64,000 nt of DNA. Source: Puia sp. (GTDB lineage: Bacteria; Bacteroidota; Bacteroidia; Chitinophagales; Chitinophagaceae). Shown here one piece after another: positions 58,142-64,000 of this stretch. The first letter of the stretch is position 1, and each line of letters opens with the position of its first letter. The position numbers and the translations under genes are program-made. A model generated the notes under the pieces. That model searched no databases, was not told where the DNA came from, and saw nothing but the letters and a program-made list of their open reading frames with translations. The stretch is taken from positions 3,851 to 67,850 of the forward strand of contig DATJWK010000020.1 of assembly GCA_035501395.1 (NCBI GenBank). Direction: 5' to 3'.

Positions 58142-58558
58142 CTAATGGGCCGAAACGTCCGAAGGGCGGGCCAAATCCACTTTTGTCATCTGGTGATAAT
58201 AGTTCTGAAGCTCGTGTACGGCCAGTTCCCGGGTGATATGACGCCTGTCCTCCCGATACCACATCTCAAAATTCGAGAAATTCCCATTTTGGGAAAGAAG
58301 GATGCGGAAAGGCCCTTTCAGGTACTTCACCTTGCCATCCGGCATATTCTGGCGCTCGAACCCGAATTGCAGCAGTTGGTTCTCGTCTACGGCGATGCCG
58401 TCCAACTCCTTTGGGCTGTACCAGAAGTCCTGGGCGCTCGTCTGCACGTCGACTTGTTTGTCATCGCCATTCAGTCCGATTACTTCCCCCTCTATCCGCT
58501 GGCCGTTAAATTCGACAAGGACGAGGTCCCCCATCCGCAGGTCATGAAACTGGATCAT
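58142..58558 (-). CDS. Hypothetical cytoplasmic protein with an SH3/KOW-like N-terminus
   Basis: DLRMGDLVLV..G..GEV beta pattern; no signal peptide. Confidence 0.7.
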   Translation of the reverse strand: MIQFHDLRMGDLVLVEFNGQRIEGEVIGLNGDDKQVDVQTSAQDFWYSPKELDGIAVDENQLLQFGFERQNMPDGKVKYLKGPFRILLSQNGNFSNFEMWYREDRRHITRELAVHELQNYYHQMTKVDLARPSDVSAH

Positions 58559-58601
58559 ATGGAATCGTTTTTTTGTTTTTCCCAATTTACGGTTTTTCCG
58601 C

Positions 58602-60257
58602 CTAATTTTTGCCCGGTATCGAATACAATACCTTTCCCCCTGAATAGGTGGCTACCACCCGGGTTTGCAGGACGTCCGGCGCGCCAACGGTCATCAGGTC
58701 GTGGTCGAGAATGACGAAATCGGCTTGTTTGCCGGGTTCGAGACTGCCGACCTCTTTTTCCAGGCAGTCCGCTTTGGCGGCCCAAATGGTCATCCCACGG
58801 ATCGCCTGCTCGCGGGACAAGGCATTCTCCGGCTGAAAACCGCCCGCCGGGTATCCTTTGGCGTCGACCCGGAAGACGGCCGCGAGGAACGTTTTAAACG
58901 GGCTGATATCTTCTACCGGGAAATCGGTCCCCAGCGGCAGCCAGCCGTTCTCGGCCAGCAGCCGTTTAAAGGCGTAGGCGCCCTTTATCCGGACGGGACC
59001 CAAACGTTCCTCCGCCCAGTACATATCGCTTGTCGCGTGGGTTGGTTGGACCGACGGGATAACGGAGGCTTTGCCGAACAAGTCGAAATCGGCGTCGGCG
59101 ATCACCTGCGCGTGCTCTACCCGCCAGCGCTTGTCATTCTTTCCTTTCAGGTATTTGTTGTAAACCGTCAGGATCATCCGGTTGCCGGAGTCGCCGATCG
59201 CGTGGGTACACAATTGAAAGTCGGTGGTGGCGAGCCGGGCGGCCAGGGAATCGAAGTGCGCTATCGGGCTTTTCAGGAAACCGTACCAGCCGGGTTTGTC
59301 GCTGTACGGTTGAAGCAGGCAGGCACCGCGGCTGCCCAATGCGCCGTCGGCATATGTTTTTACCCCTTTCACGTAGAGCAGGTCTGTTTTGTAAGGACCT
59401 TTCGGCAGATAATGATCGAGATCGGCCTTATTGTCGCTAACCATCACAAAAATGCGCATCTTCAGGATGCCTGCCTTTTGCAGCGAATCGAGGCCTTCGA
59501 TGGCGCGCCGCCCGAGGCCGGGCTCGGTCACCGTCGTCAGGCCCTGGCTGAAGCATTCCAGCTGTGCGGAATCAACCTGATCCTTGAATTCCGCGGGGGT
59601 CGGCCCGGGTATTGCGCCGTAGACCCGGCCCATGGCGTTATCGATAAGGATTCCCGTTAGTTTCCCATTTTTTGTCTCCACCACACCGCCGTCGACTTTA
59701 TCACCCGGATGGATACCCGCCAGCTCGAGCGCCTTTGCGTTGGCGACCAGGGCGTGGCCGTCGACACGGACAAGCGCCGCCGGGGTCGAAGGGAACGCTG
59801 CGTTCAGCAGGGAATTGTCGGGGAATATTTTGCCGGGGAATTTGTTTTGGTCCCAGCCGCGGCCGATGATCCAGGGCAGGCCGGGGTGACCGGCCGAGAA
59901 GTCTTTTACCCGCTGAACCACCGCTTCAAAGCTCGTGCTGCCATAAAGGGAGGCGGTGAACAAAGAGTTTCCATATTCCACGAAGTGGGCGTGGGCGTCG
60001 ATAAAACCCGGATAAACGGGTTTACCCCCGAGATCGATGGTATTCGCGGCGGTATACTCGTTCCGGATGTCGGCGTCTTTGCCCACGGCGATGATCTTTC
60101 CGGCTTTGACGGCCATTGCCTCCGCTACGGAAAAGGCGCTGTCCACGGTATATATTTTCCCGTTATGAACGATCAGGTCGGCAGGCTGTGCGGAGTGGCA
60201 GGAGATGGCGAGGATCGCCGCGAAAAAAAGGAGCGGGGATGCGGGGGATATTTTCAT
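58602..60257 (-). CDS. Amidohydrolase (YtcJ-like), probable lipoprotein
   Basis: PGFIDAHAH, DGALGSRGA, THAIGD, RVEHAQ, GTDFPV, GSLEPGKQADFVIL. Confidence 0.9.
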   Translation of the reverse strand: MKISPASPLLFFAAILAISCHSAQPADLIVHNGKIYTVDSAFSVAEAMAVKAGKIIAVGKDADIRNEYTAANTIDLGGKPVYPGFIDAHAHFVEYGNSLFTASLYGSTSFEAVVQRVKDFSAGHPGLPWIIGRGWDQNKFPGKIFPDNSLLNAAFPSTPAALVRVDGHALVANAKALELAGIHPGDKVDGGVVETKNGKLTGILIDNAMGRVYGAIPGPTPAEFKDQVDSAQLECFSQGLTTVTEPGLGRRAIEGLDSLQKAGILKMRIFVMVSDNKADLDHYLPKGPYKTDLLYVKGVKTYADGALGSRGACLLQPYSDKPGWYGFLKSPIAHFDSLAARLATTDFQLCTHAIGDSGNRMILTVYNKYLKGKNDKRWRVEHAQVIADADFDLFGKASVIPSVQPTHATSDMYWAEERLGPVRIKGAYAFKRLLAENGWLPLGTDFPVEDISPFKTFLAAVFRVDAKGYPAGGFQPENALSREQAIRGMTIWAAKADCLEKEVGSLEPGKQADFVILDHDLMTVGAPDVLQTRVVATYSGGKVLYSIPGKN

Positions 60258-60269
60258 GCGTAGTTTGTT

Positions 60270-61427
60270 TTATTCCGCCCAACTCATGGTGTAGCCGGGA
60301 TTCTCGATCTCGAGCGCTTCCGCGGTGAGCATCAGCGGATGGAAGGTGTCCACCATTACCGCCAGTTCCTTCGTCTCTTTTGCGCCGATACTCCGCTGGA
60401 CCGCGCCGGGATGGGGTCCGTGCGGGATACCGCCGGGGTGGAGGGTTATCATGCCTTTCGTGACATTCTTCCGGCTCATAAAATCGCCGTCCACATAATA
60501 GAGGACCTCATCGCTGTCGATGTTGCTGTGGTTATACGGAGCGGGGATCGCCAGCGGATGATAATCGAACAACCGCGGACAAAATGAGCATACGACGAAG
60601 TTCCGGCCCTCAAAGGTTTGGTGGACGGGCGGCGGCTGGTGCACCCGGCCGGTGATCGGCTCAAAGTCATGGATGCTAAACGCAAACGGATAGCAGTAAC
60701 CATCCCACCCGATCACGTCGAAGGGATGATGTCCGTAGTGAATGCCGTAGATCCGGCCCTTCTTTTTTGTCAGGATAGGAAAATCGCCTTTTTCATCCCT
60801 GGTCGGCAGCGATTGCGGGCCGCGGATGTCACGTTCGCAATACGGGGAATGTTCCAGCAGCTGGCCGTAAGGGCTGAGGTATTTTTTCGGGTAACGGATC
60901 GGGCTGAAGGATTCGACGATGAACAGGCGGTTATCGCTATCGTCGAAGTTGATGCGATAGATCGTCCCGCGCGGTACGAGGAGGTAGTCGCCATAGCCGA
61001 AGGAGAGTTCGCCGTACATCGTTTCCAGCACGCCTTTGCCGCGGTGTACAAAGATCAGCTCGTCGGCGTCGGCGTTCTTATAGAAGTAACCGTCCATACT
61101 CTTCGTAGGAGCGGCCAGAACGATATGGCAGTCGTTATTTACCAGCACCGGTTTCCGGCTTTTCAGATAGTCTTCGGCCGGCTGAACCTTGAAGCCCTCG
61201 AAGCTGCGGTGTTTCAGCATGCGTTCTTCTGCGACCCGCGGCTGAACATCATAGGGATCTTCGGTATGGATGATCCCGGTCGGCGGATGACAGTGATATA
61301 ACAGCGAATAATCGTTTGAAAAACCTTCCGTGGAGAAAAGCTGCTCGGAATACAGCGAACCGTCTTCCTGCCGGAATTGTGTGTGCCGTTTATGAGGGAT
61401 CTTTCCGAGGGAATAATAATGAGGCAT
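60270..61427 (-). CDS. hmgA: Homogentisate 1,2-dioxygenase
   Basis: KNADADEL, YYGHHPFDV-like segment, HQPPPVH, HSNIDSDEV, HPGGIPHGP. Confidence 0.88.
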   Translation of the reverse strand: MPHYYSLGKIPHKRHTQFRQEDGSLYSEQLFSTEGFSNDYSLLYHCHPPTGIIHTEDPYDVQPRVAEERMLKHRSFEGFKVQPAEDYLKSRKPVLVNNDCHIVLAAPTKSMDGYFYKNADADELIFVHRGKGVLETMYGELSFGYGDYLLVPRGTIYRINFDDSDNRLFIVESFSPIRYPKKYLSPYGQLLEHSPYCERDIRGPQSLPTRDEKGDFPILTKKKGRIYGIHYGHHPFDVIGWDGYCYPFAFSIHDFEPITGRVHQPPPVHQTFEGRNFVVCSFCPRLFDYHPLAIPAPYNHSNIDSDEVLYYVDGDFMSRKNVTKGMITLHPGGIPHGPHPGAVQRSIGAKETKELAVMVDTFHPLMLTAEALEIENPGYTMSWAE

Positions 61428-61481
61428 GCCTTAAATTTATGGCTTTATTACCATTACCTTTATGAAAATTTCTTTTTTCCG

Positions 61482-62327
61482 GTGCCTGCCCGATTGCTGT
61501 GTCTTTGCCTTGTCATTTCACTGGCCTCCTGCCAGGAGCGATCCAAAACCATGAGCTTTTACTTTTGGGATACCAGTTTTGTCCTCGACAGCGTGGAACG
61601 CAATATCCTTCGCGATAACCAGGTGCGCACGTTGTATGTTCGTTATTTCGATATCGATTGGCCCACGGCGGACACGGCTCCGCTCCCGGAGGACCTTTTT
61701 TCTTATGGATCGTCGCCCGCCGGCTATACGATAGTACCGGTCGTCTGCATCCGGAACCGCGTTTTTGAACGGCTCCGCCCGGCGGAAGTCCGGACATTCG
61801 CAGCCGATGTATATGCCCGTGTCAGGCTCATCAACGAGACCCGGCACATCACGAACCAGGAAATCCAGTTTGACTGCGACTGGACCGGGAAGACACGACA
61901 GAACTACTTCGCCTTCCTTCGGGAATATTACGCTGTTTCGGTGCAAACCGTTTCTTCGGCGATCCGGATGTTCCAGCTTCGGTATTCCGAAAAGACGGGT
62001 GTCCCGCCGGTCGACCATGGCGTATTATTCTATTTCAACCTCGAAGCAAGCGATACCGGCGACAAGCGTTCGGTGTATGAGCGAGCCGTTGCCCATCGTT
62101 ATACCCCCTCCCTCCGGTCCTATCCGCTGACACTCGATGTCGCGCTGCCGCTTTTTTCTACCGGCAAGGAAAAGCGCGATGGCGAGGACCTGCTCGAGAT
62201 CGTGACCGACATAAACCGTCATTCCAATCACCACATCCGCAACCTGATCTTTTTTGATCTGGACCGTCGATATTTGTCCCGTTACGATCCCAATGTTTTC
62301 AAAGAAACGCTTGCCCGGTTCGACTAA
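61482..62327 (+). CDS. Hypothetical lipoprotein (TIM-barrel-like)
   Basis: GTG start gives MPARLLCLCLVISLASC (lipobox); LYVRYFD, EIQFDCDW, DVALP motifs. Confidence 0.65.
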   Translation: MPARLLCLCLVISLASCQERSKTMSFYFWDTSFVLDSVERNILRDNQVRTLYVRYFDIDWPTADTAPLPEDLFSYGSSPAGYTIVPVVCIRNRVFERLRPAEVRTFAADVYARVRLINETRHITNQEIQFDCDWTGKTRQNYFAFLREYYAVSVQTVSSAIRMFQLRYSEKTGVPPVDHGVLFYFNLEASDTGDKRSVYERAVAHRYTPSLRSYPLTLDVALPLFSTGKEKRDGEDLLEIVTDINRHSNHHIRNLIFFDLDRRYLSRYDPNVFKETLARFD

Positions 62328-62343
62328 CAGCTAATCTATCGTT

Positions 62344-62838
62344 ATGGTCCGGATCGGTCTGCTATCCGATACACATCATTTTCTTGACGACGCCATTTTC
62401 CGTCACTTCGAATCATGCGACGAGGTTTGGCATGCCGGCGACTTCGGCGCCGCGGATCTGGCGCAGCGGCTTGCCGGTTTCCGGCCTTTGCGCGGGGTAT
62501 ACGGGAACATAGACGGCCAGGATATCCGCGCAGTTTACCCGGAAAAGCTACGCTGGCAGTCGGAAGGAGTACGCGTGCTGATGACGCATATCGGCGGCTA
62601 TCCGCCGCGGTACAATCCGGCCGTGCTTCGGGAGTTGACGGTTGATCCGCCGCAGCTTTTCATCTGCGGACATTCGCATATTCTCAAGATCATATATGAC
62701 GATCGATTGCGCTGCCTTCACATGAATCCGGGTGCGGCGGGGAAGCAGGGCTGGCACTTGGTGCGGACGGTGGTGCGATTTACCATCGACGGGCCGGACA
62801 TGAGGGATTGCGAGGTGATCGAATTAGGAAAGCGATAG
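62344..62838 (+). CDS. YfcE-like metallophosphoesterase
   Basis: LLSDTH, HAGD, VYGNID, THIG, GHSH, NPGA. Confidence 0.9.
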   Translation: MVRIGLLSDTHHFLDDAIFRHFESCDEVWHAGDFGAADLAQRLAGFRPLRGVYGNIDGQDIRAVYPEKLRWQSEGVRVLMTHIGGYPPRYNPAVLRELTVDPPQLFICGHSHILKIIYDDRLRCLHMNPGAAGKQGWHLVRTVVRFTIDGPDMRDCEVIELGKR

Positions 62839-62947
62839 GTCGTATCGCCGCTCATGCCCGACGAATAAGCACTCTTGCCTCCGGGAAGATCAACTAAAAT
62901 AGACCAAAATACGGAATGTCGTAGTTTTAGCTCAACGCGCGTGCGCT

Positions 62948-63457
62948 ATGCCGAATACATTTTCCCAATCGAGTTTTCATTCCCGGTGTGATGAGCTGGC
63001 CCGCACCGACGCTCAGCTGGCGGCCATCCTCCGAACCCATGGCTATCCGCCGATGTGGAATCGGCCGAATACGTTCGAAACCCTCGTCCATTTTATTCTC
63101 GAGCAGCAGGTTTCGCTGGCTGCCGCGTTGGCGGCGCTGAACAAATTAAGGGAGCGGGTAAAAGAGGTTACGCCGGCGACCATCCTTGCGCTTTCCGATG
63201 AGGAAATGAAAGCCTGCTATTTCAGCCGGCAAAAGATGGGATACGTGCGATCCCTCGCGGGATCGCTGGCGGATGGGCATCTCCGGCTCGATGCGTTTGT
63301 GGCGATGCCGAATGAGGAAGTGCGGTCACGGACCCATCGCGACCAGCTCTTGCCGGTGATCGACCGCTGGAGGCCGAACCGGACGATTGCGACGATGCTG
63401 TTGTGGCACTATTATTTGTCGACGCCGGCCAGGGGGCGGGGAGATGATCGATCCTAG
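62948..63457 (+). pseudogene. AlkA-like DNA-3-methyladenine glycosylase with an in-frame internal deletion
   Basis: FETLVHFILEQQVS, RQK..Y and WRP.RT motifs are present; the HhH (GIG.WT) and catalytic Asp segment between EEVR and WRP is absent. Confidence 0.6.
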
Positions 63458-64000
63458 AGGTATTCGAGGATCTTGGCGCGAAGCTCGTTTGGCTTGAAGG
63501 GTTTGCTTACGAAATCGTTCATCCCGCAGGAGATGATCTCATTTATAATCTCGTTCTTCGGCGACGCGGTCACCGCAATGATCGGGATATCCTTAAAGTG
63601 TTTCCGGATCTTCCTCGTGCAGGAGAAGCCGTCGAGGAGCGGCATCTGGACGTCCATCAGGATCAAGTCATATTTTGTGCGGGCGACGAATTCCAGCGCC
63701 TGTCGGCCGTCCACGACCAGGTCGATCTCGCCGCCCCAGCCGGTGATAAAGCGCCGGGCGATATTGGCGTTAAAGAGATTGTCTTCCGCCAGCAGGATCC
63801 GTTTGTTCCTGAACTGTTCGTTGGTCCGCGACACCGCTTTCGGCGCGGGTGTTGCGGCAACCGGGCCGACGGTCTCGCCGCGCTGAAGCGTCATGCTGAA
63901 ATGGAAGGTCGAGCCTTTGCCGGGCGCACTGTCCAGCAGGATAGTACTCCCCATCAATTCCACGAGCTTTGTGGAAATGGACAATCCAAGCCCGGTACCG
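63454..64000 (-). CDS. Hybrid sensor histidine kinase/response regulator, C-terminal part (runs off the right edge)
   Basis: [22 protein letters not shown], receiver motifs LAEDN, LMDVQMP, KPF. Confidence 0.9.
   Translation of the reverse strand, partial: GTGLGLSISTKLVELMGSTILLDSAPGKGSTFHFSMTLQRGETVGPVAATPAPKAVSRTNEQFRNKRILLAEDNLFNANIARRFITGWGGEIDLVVDGRQALEFVARTKYDLILMDVQMPLLDGFSCTRKIRKHFKDIPIIAVTASPKNEIINEIISCGMNDFVSKPFKPNELRAKILEYL

Noticed and set aside
58665-59660. 331-aa plus-strand ORF
   Set aside because: Antisense shadow of the amidohydrolase.
61462-61484. Possible T-tract frameshift joining an out-of-frame ATG (61462) to the lipoprotein ORF
   Set aside because: An in-frame GTG at 61482 already gives a good lipoprotein signal, and a -7-like TACCTTTA overlaps the ATG, so the transcript probably starts downstream of it.

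Overview
A 64-kb chromosomal segment from a GC-rich Bacteroidota genome, most likely Chitinophagaceae (inferred from SusC/SusD, TAnnTTTG promoter boxes and gene content). The left ~16 kb is a LacI-controlled glucuronoxylan utilisation locus: susC-susD-SGNH protein-GH3-uxuA on one arm and lacI-GH67-SDR-GH10 on the other, each arm followed by an M1 peptidase. The rest is mostly housekeeping: lipB, rluD, def, ruvX, mutS, iscS-like, glmM, aroQ, carA, and the infA-rpmJ-rpsM-rpsK-rpsD-rpoA-rplQ operon. I saw no tRNA, rRNA, transposase or CRISPR-cas. The strongest candidate for an undescribed system is at 51.3-52.8 kb. There, four 19-bp palindromic repeats with an exact 29-bp period fill the space between aroQ and a translationally coupled gene pair. 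The pair encodes a SatD-family protein (class III nucleotide cyclase motifs plus a C-terminal HTH) and a DUF3307 membrane protein with His/Asp motifs. Other notable items: a ubiquitin-like (C-terminal GG) plus cytoplasmic Asp-box beta-propeller pair; apparently degenerate enzymes (SGNH esterase, PIN toxin, AlkA-like glycosylase, GAPDH paralogue); a VNTR at the start of mutS; and repeated -7 boxes only 5-7 nt upstream of start codons. All family assignments come from motif recognition by eye; no database searches were run.
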